Shown: in pieces, positions 19,493 through 28,209 of the stretch
Position numbering within the stretch: the first letter of the stretch is position 1
How the letters are laid out: each line of letters opens with the position of its first letter
Sequence record: OM630586.1
Reading direction: 5' to 3' (one strand)
Origin: Escherichia phage vB_EcoP_LNA7
Length of the DNA stretch: 39,592 bases
The notes under the pieces: generated by a model
The model's input: only the letters and a program-made list of their open reading frames with translations
What the model was told of the DNA's origin: nothing
Databases searched by the model: none
Program-made: the position numbers and the translations under genes

Positions 19493-21253
19493 GTGTCTAC
19501 TCAAGCCAATCGTAATGCGCTCGTAGTGGCGCAACTGAAAGGAGACTTCGTGGCGTTCCTGTTCGTCTTATGGAAGGCATTAAACCTTCCGGTGCCCACT
19601 AAGTGTCAGATTGACATGGCTAAGGTGCTGGCGAATGGAGACAACAAGAAGTTCATCCTACAGGCTTTCCGTGGTATCGGTAAGTCGTTCATCACATGTG
19701 CGTTCGTTGTGTGGTCCTTATGGAGAGACCCTCAGTTGAAGATACTTATCGTATCAGCCTCTAAGGAACGTGCAGACGCTAACTCCATATTCATTAAGAA
19801 CATCATTGACCTGCTACCGTTCCTATCTGAGTTAAAGCCAAGACCCGGACAGCGTGATTCTGTAATCAGCTTTGATGTAGGTCCGGCTAAACCTGACCAC
19901 TCTCCTAGTGTGAAATCGGTAGGTATCACTGGTCAGTTGACTGGTAGCCGTGCTGACATTATCATTGCGGATGACGTTGAGATTCCGTCTAACAGCGCAA
20001 CTATGGGTGCCCGTGAGAAGCTATGGACTCTCGTTCAGGAGTTTGCTGCGTTACTTAAACCTCTGCCAACCTCTCGCGTTATCTACCTTGGCACACCCCA
20101 GACAGAGATGACTCTCTATAAGGAACTTGAGGATAACCGTGGGTACACGACCATAATCTGGCCTGCTCTGTACCCAAGGACACGCGAAGAGAACCTCTAT
20201 TACTCACAGCGCCTTGCTCCTATGTTACGCGCTGAGTACGATGAGAACCCTGAGGCACTCGCTGGTACTCCTACGGACCCTGTGCGCTTCGACCGTGATG
20301 ACCTCCGTGAGCGTGAGTTGGAATATGGCAAAGCTGGCTTTACGCTACAGTTCATGCTTAACCCGAACCTGAGTGATGCCGAGAAGTACCCTCTGAGGCT
20401 CCGTGACGCTATCGTAGCGGCCTTAGACTTAGAGAAGGCCCCAATGCATTACCAATGGCTTCCGAACCGTCAGAACATCATTGAAGACCTTCCTAACGTG
20501 GGCCTTAAGGGTGATGACCTTCATACGTATCATGACTGCTCCAACAACTCAGGTCAGTATCAACAGAAGATTCTGGTCATTGACCCTAGTGGTCGCGGTA
20601 AGGACGAAACAGGTTATGCTGTACTGTACACCCTGAACGGTTACATCTACCTTATGGAAGCTGGAGGTTTCCGTGATGGCTACTCCGATAAGACCCTTGA
20701 GTTGCTCGCTAAGAAGGCCAAGCAATGGGGAGTCCAGACGGTCGTCTACGAGAGTAACTTCGGTGACGGTATGTTCGGTAAGGTGTTCAGTCCTATCCTT
20801 CTTAAACACCACAACTGTGCAATGGAAGAGATTCGTGCTCGTGGTATGAAGGAGATGCGTATTTGTGATACCCTTGAGCCAGTCATGCAGACTCACCGCC
20901 TTGTCATTCGTGATGAGGTCATTAGGGCCGACTACCAGTCCGCTCGTGATGTGGACGGTAAGCATGACGTTAAGTATTCACTGTTCTACCAGATGACCCG
21001 TATCACCCGTGAGAAAGGTGCTCTGGCCCATGATGACCGATTGGATGCCCTTGCGTTAGGCATTGAGTATCTCCGTGAGTCCATGCAGTTGGATTCCATT
21101 AAGGTAGAAGGTGAAGTGCTTGCTGACTTCCTTGAGGAACACATGATGCGTCCTACAGTTGCTGCTACTCACATCGTTGAGATGTCTGTGGGAGGAGTTG
21201 ATGTGTACTCTGAGGACGATGAGGGTTACGGCACGTCTTTCATTGAGTGGTGA
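19493..21253 (+). CDS. 19: gene 19 terminase large subunit, GTG start
   Basis: ORF track 586 aa, same as T7 gp19; SD taaggaggt directly upstream of GTG. Confidence 0.95.
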   Translation: MSTQANRNALVVAQLKGDFVAFLFVLWKALNLPVPTKCQIDMAKVLANGDNKKFILQAFRGIGKSFITCAFVVWSLWRDPQLKILIVSASKERADANSIFIKNIIDLLPFLSELKPRPGQRDSVISFDVGPAKPDHSPSVKSVGITGQLTGSRADIIIADDVEIPSNSATMGAREKLWTLVQEFAALLKPLPTSRVIYLGTPQTEMTLYKELEDNRGYTTIIWPALYPRTREENLYYSQRLAPMLRAEYDENPEALAGTPTDPVRFDRDDLRERELEYGKAGFTLQFMLNPNLSDAEKYPLRLRDAIVAALDLEKAPMHYQWLPNRQNIIEDLPNVGLKGDDLHTYHDCSNNSGQYQQKILVIDPSGRGKDETGYAVLYTLNGYIYLMEAGGFRDGYSDKTLELLAKKAKQWGVQTVVYESNFGDGMFGKVFSPILLKHHNCAMEEIRARGMKEMRICDTLEPVMQTHRLVIRDEVIRADYQSARDVDGKHDVKYSLFYQMTRITREKGALAHDDRLDALALGIEYLRESMQLDSIKVEGEVLADFLEEHMMRPTVAATHIVEMSVGGVDVYSEDDEGYGTSFIEW

Positions 21254-21290
21254 TTTATGAGGCCAAGGAGGGCCAATTTAAGGAGGTAAT

Positions 21291-21731
21291 ATGATAAGTA
21301 AGAAGAAGTATGTAGTTGATAAGGAGACTGGCTGCTGGAACTTTAAGGGATGTAAGACGAAGACTGGCTATGGTCGTCTCCGTGTAAATGGAGTCCATTG
21401 GATGGCCCACAGGTATTCCCTGAGTTGTCATCTAGGTAGACCGATAGCTGATGGAATGGTTGTGATGCACCTATGTGATAACCCATCATGTGTTAACCCT
21501 GAGCATCTTAAGGAAGGGACTCAGAAGGAGAACATAGAGGATTGTATATCAAAAGGAAGAGCAACAAAGGCTACTGGTAAACGTATGTCGAGAAGGGACC
21601 CTAGCGAGGAACGTAAGGCTATGGTCATTCGTCGCTACCATAAAGGATGGACAGCAACGTCCATAGCAAGATACCATAAGCTCTCTGTAGCGTGGGTAAA
21701 GAGGGTCATCGAGGCTTACCTAAGTGATTGA
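21291..21731 (+). CDS. Free-standing HNH homing endonuclease between genes 19 and 19.5 (no T7 counterpart at this position as far as I recall)
   Basis: ORF track 146 aa; HLCDNPSCVNPEHL HNH motif, paralogous to gp7.7; C-terminal HTH-like SIARYHKLSVAWVKRVI; SD aaggaggt. Confidence 0.85.
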   Translation: MISKKKYVVDKETGCWNFKGCKTKTGYGRLRVNGVHWMAHRYSLSCHLGRPIADGMVVMHLCDNPSCVNPEHLKEGTQKENIEDCISKGRATKATGKRMSRRDPSEERKAMVIRRYHKGWTATSIARYHKLSVAWVKRVIEAYLSD

Positions 21732-21782
21732 TATTTGAAATTAGTGATACAGGTCTAAGTATATGATTCCAGACCATTATTC

Positions 21783-21805
21783 TAATTCGACTCACTATAG
21801 GGAGA
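21783..21805 (+). promoter_or_regulatory. Phage RNAP promoter phiOR
   Basis: taattcgactcactatagggaga, one mismatch to consensus. Confidence 0.85.
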
Positions 21806-21896
21806 AGCCTACCTAAAGATAACTATAAGACTTAAAGTGTCCTATAAGGTAGGTTGTTATTATTGTTAATACAACCAACATAAAGGGAGTAGACTC

Positions 21897-22046
21897 ATGT
21901 TCCGCTTATTGTTGAACCTACTGCGGCATAGAGTCACCTACCGATTTCTTGTGGTACTTTGTGCTGCCCTTGGGTACGCATCTCTTGCTGGAGACCTCAG
22001 TTCACTGGAGTCTACCGTTTGCTCTATACTCACTTGTAGCGATTAG
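21897..22046 (+). CDS. 19.5: gene 19.5 small protein
   Basis: Manual translation MFRLLLNLLRHRVTYRFLVVLCAALGYASLAGDLSSLESTVCSILTCSD (49 aa), matches recalled T7 gp19.5; below the 60-aa cutoff of the ORF track. Confidence 0.8.
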   Translation: MFRLLLNLLRHRVTYRFLVVLCAALGYASLAGDLSSLESTVCSILTCSD

Positions 22047-22285
22047 GGTCTTCCTGACCGACTGATGACTCACCGAGGGATTCAGCGGTATGATTACATC
22101 ACACCACTTCATCCCTATAGAGTCAAGTCCTAAGGTATACCCATAAAGAGCCTATAATGGTCTATCCTAAGGTCTATACCTAAAGATAGGCCATCCTATC
22201 AGTGTCACCTAAAGAGGGTCTTAGAGAGGGCCTAAGGAGTCCCTAGAGGGTCCTTTAAAATATACCATAAAAATCTGAGTGACTA

Positions 22286-22446
22286 TCTCACAGTGTACGG
22301 ACCCAAAGTTCCCCCCATAGGGGCCCCTAAAGCCCAGCCAATCACCTAAAGTTACCTTTCAGTTGACCTTGAGGGGTCCCTAAGGGTTGGGGTTGACCCT
22401 TTGAGTGTCTCCTTGGGTGTTACCTTGAGTGTCTCTCTGTGTCCCT
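22286..22446. repeat. Terminal repeat (direct terminal redundancy), present once because the permuted assembly collapses the two ends; physical genome ends predicted near 22286 and 22446
   Basis: Starts tctcacagtgtacgg (canonical T7 left-end sequence) and ends ...ctctctgtgtccct; boundaries placed by recall of the T7 repeat. Confidence 0.7.
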
Positions 22447-22635
22447 ATCTGTTACAGTCTCCTAAAGTATCCTCCTAAAGTCACCTCCTAAAGTCACCTC
22501 CTAAAGCCAACACCTAAAGCCAACACCTAAAGCCTACACCTAAAGACACCAACAAGTCAATGCCTATCTTAAAGTATAGACCTAAAGACCAGACCAGACC
22601 AGACATAAAGACGCCTTGTTGTTAGCCATAAAGGG
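22447..22635. repeat. Array of CCTAAAG-containing short direct repeats beside the terminal repeat (concatemer processing/packaging region)
   Basis: tcctaaagtcacc x2, acctaaagccaac x2 and further cctaaag/cataaag units visible directly. Confidence 0.8.
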
Positions 22636-22671
22636 ATAATCTTCAATCATAGTCTTTAATCGTTGTCTCTT

Positions 22672-22694
22672 TAATACGACTCGCTATAAGGAGA
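22672..22694 (+). promoter_or_regulatory. Phage RNAP promoter phiOL (degenerate)
   Basis: taatacgactcgctataaggaga, deviates from consensus at 3 positions. Confidence 0.75.
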
Positions 22695-22748
22695 GACTAC
22701 TTAAAGAGCCTTAAAGATGGATTAATTTAAAGATTTATTAAAAGAGTA

Positions 22749-22784
22749 TTGACTTTAAGTCTAACCTATAGGATACTTACAGCC
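22749..22784 (+). promoter_or_regulatory. Host sigma70 early promoter A1
   Basis: -35 ttgact, 17-bp spacer, -10 gatact; context matches T7 A1. Confidence 0.9.
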
Positions 22785-22875
22785 ATTGAGAGGGACACGG
22801 CGAATAACCATCCCAATCGATACCGGGGTCAACCGGATAAGTAGACAGCCTGATAAGTCATATGAAAAACAGGCA

Positions 22876-22912
22876 TTGACAACATGAAGTAACAAGTAGT
22901 AAGATACACAGC
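22876..22912 (+). promoter_or_regulatory. Host sigma70 early promoter A2
   Basis: -35 ttgaca, 18-bp spacer, -10 taagat. Confidence 0.85.
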
Positions 22913-23009
22913 GCTAGGTAACGCTAGGTAGCACTAGCAACACTAGCAGCGTCAACCACTGATACGGTGTCTTCTAGGTGACTTAGGCGCACCACGGCAC
23001 ATAAAGTGA

Positions 23010-23046
23010 AACAAAACGGTTGACAACATGAAGTAAACACGGTACG
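23010..23046 (+). promoter_or_regulatory. Host sigma70 early promoter A3
   Basis: -35 ttgaca, 18-bp spacer, -10 tacgat. Confidence 0.85.
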
Positions 23047-23144
23047 ATGTACCACATGAAACGACAGTGAGTCACCACACTGAAAGGTGATGCGGTCTAA
23101 CGAAACCTGACCTAAGACGCTCTTTAACAATCTGGTAAATAGCT

Positions 23145-23200
23145 CTTGAGTGCATGAATAGCGGATAACTCAAGGGTATCGCAAGGTGCCCTTTATGATA
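23145..23200 (+). promoter_or_regulatory. RNase III processing hairpin R0.3
   Basis: taactcaagggtatcgcaaggtgccctttatga motif. Confidence 0.6.
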
Positions 23201-23230
23201 TTCACTAACAACTGCACGAGGTAACACAAG

Positions 23231-23596
23231 ATGGCTATGTCTAACATGACTTACAACAACGTTTTCGACCACGCTTACGAAATGCTGAAAGAAAACATCC
23301 GTTATGATGACATTCGCGACACTGATGACCTGAGCGATGCTATTCACACGGCTGCCGATAATGCAGTTCCGCACTACTACGCTGACATCTTTAGCGTAAT
23401 GGCAAGTGAAGGCATTGATCTTGAGTTCGAGGACTCTGGTCTTATGCCGGACACCAAGGACGTAATTCGCATCCTGCAAGCTCGCATCTATGAGCAACTC
23501 ACGATTGACCTCTGGGAAGGCGCTGAGGACTTACTGAACGAGTACCTTGAGGAAGTCGAGGAAGAAGAAGAAGACTACGAAGAGGATGAAGAGTAA
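23231..23596 (+). CDS. 0.3: gene 0.3 Ocr, DNA-mimic anti-restriction protein
   Basis: ORF track 121 aa, [27 protein letters not shown]..., very acidic C-terminus; matches T7 Ocr. Confidence 0.95.
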   Translation: MAMSNMTYNNVFDHAYEMLKENIRYDDIRDTDDLSDAIHTAADNAVPHYYADIFSVMASEGIDLEFEDSGLMPDTKDVIRILQARIYEQLTIDLWEGAEDLLNEYLEEVEEEEEDYEEDEE

Positions 23597-23733
23597 TGGT
23601 TAAGTATGGTCTAACAAAAGAGATGATTCAGACGTACCGCGTAGCGATGGCTTATGGTGCTCCTTTCGGGTACTGCATGGCGCAATTAGCACAAATATAT
23701 CGAGCGCGTAAGGCGATGTACGGTAACAAGTGA
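23596..23733 (+). CDS. 0.4: gene 0.4-like small protein (divergent)
   Basis: Manual translation, 45 aa ([45 protein letters not shown]); ATG overlaps the 0.3 stop; weak similarity to recalled T7 gp0.4. Confidence 0.55.
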   Translation: MVKYGLTKEMIQTYRVAMAYGAPFGYCMAQLAQIYRARKAMYGNK

Positions 23734-23790
23734 TAGACTCAAGGTCGCTCCTAGCGAGTGGCCTTTATGATTATCACTTTACTTATAGGA
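23734..23790 (+). promoter_or_regulatory. RNase III processing hairpin R0.5
   Basis: agactcaaggtcgctcctagcgagtggcctttatga. Confidence 0.65.
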
Positions 23791-23793
23791 GTA

Positions 23794-23937
23794 ATGAATA
23801 TGCTTACTATCGGTTTACTCACCGCTCTGGGTCTAGCTGTAGGTGCATCCTTTGGGAAGGCTTTAGGTGTAGCTGTAGGTTCCTACTTTGCCGCTTGTAT
23901 CATCATAGGAATCGTCAGAGTGGCACTACGCAAATGA
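23794..23937 (+). CDS. 0.5: gene 0.5 small membrane protein
   Basis: Manual translation MNMLTIGLLTALGLAVGASFGKALGVAVGSYFAACIIIGIVRVALRK (47 aa), matches recalled T7 gp0.5. Confidence 0.75.
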   Translation: MNMLTIGLLTALGLAVGASFGKALGVAVGSYFAACIIIGIVRVALRK

Positions 23938-24071
23938 TGAAGCACTACGTTATGCCTATCCACACGTCCAACGGGGCAACTGTATGCACACCTGATGGGT
24001 TCGCAATGAAACAACGAATCGAACGCCTTAAGCGTGAACTCCGCATCAACCGCAAGATTAACAAAATCTAA
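23934..24071 (+). CDS. 0.6: gene 0.6 small protein
   Basis: C-terminal part of ORF 23730..24071 from ATG 23934: MMKHYVMPIHTSNGATVCTPDGFAMKQRIERLKRELRINRKINKI. Confidence 0.7.
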   Translation: MMKHYVMPIHTSNGATVCTPDGFAMKQRIERLKRELRINRKINKI

Positions 24072-24089
24072 CTTTGGAGAATACATAAA

Positions 24090-25169
24090 GTGAACATCAC
24101 CGACATCATGAACGCTATCGACGCAATCAAAGCACTGCCAATCTGTGAACTTGACAAGCGTCAAGGTATGCTCATCGACTTGCTTGTAGAGATGGTCAAT
24201 AGTGAAACATGCAATGGCGAGCTAACCGAATTAAATCAGGCGCTTGAGTATCAAGATTGGTGGACTACCTTGAAGTGTCTCACGGCTGACGCAGGGTTCA
24301 AGATGCTCGGTAATGGTCACTTCTCGGCTGCTTATAGTCACCCGCTGCTGCCTAACAGAGTGATTAAGGTGGGCTTCAAGAAAGAGGACTCAGGCGCTGC
24401 GTATACCGCATTCTGCCGCATGTATCAGGGCCGCGCTGGTATCCCTAACGTATACGATGTACAGCGCCACGCTGGATGTTATACGGTGGTAATGGACGCA
24501 CTGAATGCTTGCGATAGTTACGATAACGATGAACACTATAAATACGCTGAGATTGCAAGCGACATTATTGACTTCAACTCAGATGAGCACGATGAGTTAA
24601 CTGGATGGGATGGCGAGTTCGTCGAGACTTGCAAGCTAATCCGCAAGTTCTTTGAGGGCATCGCTTCATTCGATATGCATAGCGGGAACATCATGTTCTC
24701 AAATGGAGACGTGCCGTACATTACCGACCCCGTGTCATTCTCGCAGAAGAAAGACGGTGGTGCGTTCAGTATTGACCCTGAGGAACTCATCAAGGAAGTC
24801 GAGGAAGTCACACGACAGAAAGAAATTGATAGCGCTAAGGACCGTAAAGCACGCCACGAGTGGCGCTTAGAGGTACGCAGAGTGAAACGCCGTAACCGTA
24901 AGGCACGTAAAGCACACCAAGCGAAGCACGATAGAATGCTTGCTGCGTGGCGCATGGCTGAGCGCCAAGAACGGCGTAACCATGAGGTAGCTGTAGATGT
25001 ACTGGGAAGGACTAATAACGCTATGCTCTGGGTTAATATGTTCGCTTGGGACTTTAAGGCGCTTGAGGAACGAGTTGCGATGAACTGGCGCAACGCTGAC
25101 CGGATGGCTATTGCTAACGGTCGTGCGCTCAACATCGACAAGCAACTTGACGCAATGCTAATGGGCTGA
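24090..25169 (+). CDS. 0.7: gene 0.7 Ser/Thr protein kinase and host transcription shut-off protein, GTG start
   Basis: ORF track 359 aa, same as T7 gp0.7; SD ggaga upstream of GTG. Confidence 0.9.
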   Translation: MNITDIMNAIDAIKALPICELDKRQGMLIDLLVEMVNSETCNGELTELNQALEYQDWWTTLKCLTADAGFKMLGNGHFSAAYSHPLLPNRVIKVGFKKEDSGAAYTAFCRMYQGRAGIPNVYDVQRHAGCYTVVMDALNACDSYDNDEHYKYAEIASDIIDFNSDEHDELTGWDGEFVETCKLIRKFFEGIASFDMHSGNIMFSNGDVPYITDPVSFSQKKDGGAFSIDPEELIKEVEEVTRQKEIDSAKDRKARHEWRLEVRRVKRRNRKARKAHQAKHDRMLAAWRMAERQERRNHEVAVDVLGRTNNAMLWVNMFAWDFKALEERVAMNWRNADRMAIANGRALNIDKQLDAMLMG

Positions 25170-25225
25170 TAGTCTTATCTTACAGGTCATCTGCGGGTGG
25201 CCTGAATAGATACGATTTACTAACT
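25167..25225 (+). promoter_or_regulatory. RNase III processing site R1 upstream of gene 1
   Basis: tgatagtcttatcttacaggtcatctgcgggtggcctgaatag hairpin-forming segment; position as in T7. Confidence 0.55.
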
Positions 25226-25239
25226 GGAAGAGGCACTAA

Positions 25240-27891
25240 ATGAACACGATTAACATCGCTAAGAACGACTTCTCTGACATCGAACTGGCTGCTATCCCGT
25301 TCAATACTCTGGCTGACCATTATGGTGAGCGTTTAGCTCGCGAACAGTTGGCCCTTGAGCATGAGTCTTACGAAATGGGTGAAGCACGGTTCCGCAAGAT
25401 GTTTGAGCGTCAACTTAAAGCCGGTGAGGTTGCGGATAACGCTGCCGCCAAGCCTCTTATCGCTACCCTGCTCCCTAAGATGATTGCACGCATCAACGAT
25501 TGGTTTGAGGAAGTGAAAGCTAAGCGAGGCAAGCGCCCGACAGCCTTCCAGTTCCTGCAAGAAATCAAGCCGGAGGCGGTAGCTTATATCACCATTAAGA
25601 CCACTCTGGCTTGTCTAACCAGTGCAGACAATACAACCGTTCAGGCAGCAGCCAGCGCAATCGGTCGAGCCATTGAGGATGAAGCTCGCTTCGGTCGAAT
25701 CCGTGACCTTGAAGCTAAGCACTTCAAGAAAAACGTTGAGGAACAACTTAACAAGCGTGTAGGTCACGTCTACAAGAAAGCATTCATGCAAGTTGTCGAG
25801 GCTGACATGCTCTCTAAGGGTCTACTTGGTGGCGAGGCGTGGTCTTCGTGGCATAAGGAAGACTCCATTCATGTTGGGGTGCGCTGCATCGAGATGCTCA
25901 TTGAGTCCACCGGAATGGTTAGCTTACATCGTCAAAATGCTGGCGTAGTAGGGCAAGACTCTGAGACTATCGAACTCACACCGGAATACGCTGAGGCTAT
26001 TGCAACCCGTGCAGGTGCGCTGGCTGGTATCTCTCCGATGTTCCAACCTTGTGTAGTGCCTCCTAAGCCGTGGACTGGTATTACTGGTGGTGGCTATTGG
26101 GCTAACGGTCGCCGTCCTTTGGCACTGGTGCGTACTCACAGCAAGAAAGCACTGATGCGCTACGAAGATGTTTACATGCCTGAGGTGTACAAAGCGATTA
26201 ACATTGCGCAAAACACCGCATGGAAAATCAACAAGAAAGTCCTAGCGGTCGCCAACGTAATTACCAAGTGGAAGCACTGCCCTGTAGAGGATATCCCAGC
26301 GATTGAGCGTGAAGAACTCCCGATGAAACCGGAAGACATTGACACGAATCCTGAGGCTCTCACCGCTTGGAAACGTGCCGCTGCCGCTGTGTACCGTAAA
26401 GACAAGGCTCGCAAGTCTCGCCGTATCAGCTTAGAGTTCATGCTTGAGCAAGCCAACAAGTTCGCTAACCATAAGGCCATCTGGTTCCCTTACAACATGG
26501 ACTGGCGCGGTCGTGTTTACGCTGTGTCAATGTTCAACCCGCAAGGTAACGATATGACCAAGGGCCTGCTGACGCTGGCGAAAGGTAAACCAATCGGTAA
26601 GGAAGGTTACTACTGGCTGAAAATCCACGGTGCAAACTGTGCGGGTGTCGATAAGGTTCCGTTCCCTGAGCGCATCAAGTTCATTGAGGACAACCACGAG
26701 AACATCCTAGCGTGCGCTAAGTCTCCACTGGAGAACACTTGGTGGGCTGAGCAAGATTCTCCGTTCTGCTTCCTTGCGTTCTGCTTTGAGTACGCTGGAG
26801 TGCAGCACCACGGCTTAAGCTACAACTGCTCTCTTCCGCTGGCGTTCGATGGGTCTTGCTCTGGCATTCAGCACTTCTCCGCTATGCTCCGAGATGAGGT
26901 AGGTGGTCGCGCTGTTAACCTTCTGCCTAGTGAAACCGTTCAGGACATCTACGGGATTGTCGCTAAGAAAGTCAACGAGATTCTGCAAGCAGACGTAATC
27001 AACGGGACCGACAACGAAGTAGTTACCGTGACCGATGAGAACACTGGCGAAATATCTGAGAAAGTCAAGCTGGGCACCAAGGCGCTGGCTGGTCAATGGC
27101 TGACTTACGGTGTCACTCGCAGCGTAACTAAGCGTTCAGTCATGACGCTGGCTTACGGGTCCAAAGAGTTCGGCTTCCGTCAACAAGTGTTGGAAGATAC
27201 CATTCAGCCAGCTATTGATTCCGGCAAGGGCCTGATGTTTACCCAACCGAATCAGGCTGCTGGGTACATGGCTAAACTGATTTGGGAATCTGTGAGCGTG
27301 ACGGTGGTAGCTGCTGTGGAGGCAATGAACTGGCTTAAGTCTGCCGCTAAGCTACTGGCTGCTGAGGTCAAAGATAAGAAGACTGGAGAGATTCTCCGCA
27401 AGCGTTGCGCTGTACATTGGGTGACTCCTGATGGCTTCCCTGTGTGGCAAGAATACAAGAAGCCTATTCAGACTCGCTTGAACCTGATGTTCCTCGGTCA
27501 GTTCCGCTTACAGCCGACCATTAACACCAACAAAGATAGCGAGATTGACGCACACAAACAGGAATCCGGCATCGCTCCTAACTTTGTACATAGCCAAGAC
27601 GGTAGCCACCTGCGTAAGACTGTAGTGTGGGCGCACGAGAAGTACGGAATCGAGTCTTTTGCATTGATTCACGACTCCTTCGGGACCATTCCGGCTGACG
27701 CCGCTAACCTGTTCAAAGCTGTGCGCGAAACTATGGTTGACACCTATGAGTCTTGTGATGTACTGGCTGACTTCTATGACCAGTTCGCTGACCAGTTACA
27801 TGAGTCTCAATTGGATAAAATGCCAGCACTTCCGGCTAAGGGTAACTTGAATCTCCAAGACATCTTAGAGTCAGACTTCGCGTTCGCGTAA
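25240..27891 (+). CDS. 1: gene 1 single-subunit DNA-dependent RNA polymerase
   Basis: ORF track 883 aa, MNTINIAKNDFSDIELAAIPFNTLADHYGERLAREQLALEHESYEMGEARFRKMFERQ..., matches T7 RNAP. Confidence 0.98.
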   Translation: MNTINIAKNDFSDIELAAIPFNTLADHYGERLAREQLALEHESYEMGEARFRKMFERQLKAGEVADNAAAKPLIATLLPKMIARINDWFEEVKAKRGKRPTAFQFLQEIKPEAVAYITIKTTLACLTSADNTTVQAAASAIGRAIEDEARFGRIRDLEAKHFKKNVEEQLNKRVGHVYKKAFMQVVEADMLSKGLLGGEAWSSWHKEDSIHVGVRCIEMLIESTGMVSLHRQNAGVVGQDSETIELTPEYAEAIATRAGALAGISPMFQPCVVPPKPWTGITGGGYWANGRRPLALVRTHSKKALMRYEDVYMPEVYKAINIAQNTAWKINKKVLAVANVITKWKHCPVEDIPAIEREELPMKPEDIDTNPEALTAWKRAAAAVYRKDKARKSRRISLEFMLEQANKFANHKAIWFPYNMDWRGRVYAVSMFNPQGNDMTKGLLTLAKGKPIGKEGYYWLKIHGANCAGVDKVPFPERIKFIEDNHENILACAKSPLENTWWAEQDSPFCFLAFCFEYAGVQHHGLSYNCSLPLAFDGSCSGIQHFSAMLRDEVGGRAVNLLPSETVQDIYGIVAKKVNEILQADVINGTDNEVVTVTDENTGEISEKVKLGTKALAGQWLTYGVTRSVTKRSVMTLAYGSKEFGFRQQVLEDTIQPAIDSGKGLMFTQPNQAAGYMAKLIWESVSVTVVAAVEAMNWLKSAAKLLAAEVKDKKTGEILRKRCAVHWVTPDGFPVWQEYKKPIQTRLNLMFLGQFRLQPTINTNKDSEIDAHKQESGIAPNFVHSQDGSHLRKTVVWAHEKYGIESFALIHDSFGTIPADAANLFKAVRETMVDTYESCDVLADFYDQFADQLHESQLDKMPALPAKGNLNLQDILESDFAFA

Positions 27892-27899
27892 CGTCAAAT

Positions 27900-27922
27900 T
27901 AATACGACTCACTATAGAGGGG
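27900..27922 (+). promoter_or_regulatory. Phage RNAP class II promoter phi1.1A
   Basis: taatacgactcactatagagggg. Confidence 0.9.
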
Positions 27923-27924
27923 GG

Positions 27925-27966
27925 ACAAACTCAAGGTCATTCGCAAGAGTGGCCTTTATGATTGAC
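27925..27966 (+). promoter_or_regulatory. RNase III processing hairpin R1.1
   Basis: caaactcaaggtcattcgcaagagtggcctttatga. Confidence 0.65.
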
Positions 27967-27977
27967 CTTCTTCCGGT

Positions 27978-28000
27978 TAATACGACTCACTATAGGAGAA
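27978..28000 (+). promoter_or_regulatory. Phage RNAP class II promoter phi1.1B
   Basis: taatacgactcactataggagaa. Confidence 0.9.
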
Positions 28001-28079
28001 CCTTAAGGTTTAACTTTAAGACCCTTAAGTGTTAATTAGAGATTTAAATTAAAGATTACTAAGAGAGAGGACTTTAAGT
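28001..28079. other. AT-rich segment downstream of the twin promoters: putative primary origin of DNA replication
   Basis: ccttaaggtttaactttaagacccttaagtgttaattagagatttaaattaaagattactaag is strongly AT-rich; position matches the T7 primary origin. Confidence 0.6.
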
Positions 28080-28208
28080 ATGCGTAACTTCGAAAAGATG
28101 ACCAAACTTTCTAACCGTAACGCCCATGGCTTCGAGGCAACCAAAGGTCGCAAGCTGAATAAGACTAAACGTGACCGCTCTCACAAACGTAGCTGGGAGG
28201 GTCAATAA
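28080..28208 (+). CDS. 1.1: gene 1.1 small basic protein
   Basis: Manual translation MRNFEKMTKLSNRNAHGFEATKGRKLNKTKRDRSHKRSWEGQ (42 aa), matches recalled T7 gp1.1. Confidence 0.8.
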   Translation: MRNFEKMTKLSNRNAHGFEATKGRKLNKTKRDRSHKRSWEGQ

Positions 28209-28209
28209 G

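Noticed and set aside
19493-21253. Alternate-frame genes 19.2 and 19.3 inside gene 19, and 4.1/4.2 inside gene 4
   Set aside because: T7 annotations include such small internal ORFs, but I could not verify conserved starts or products from the sequence alone, so they are not reported as features.
22447-22635. Possible CRISPR-like array, given the regularly spaced short repeats
   Set aside because: Repeat units are about 7 to 13 bp with irregular spacing and no spacer-sized unique segments; these are the CCTAAAG end-region repeats of T7-like phages.
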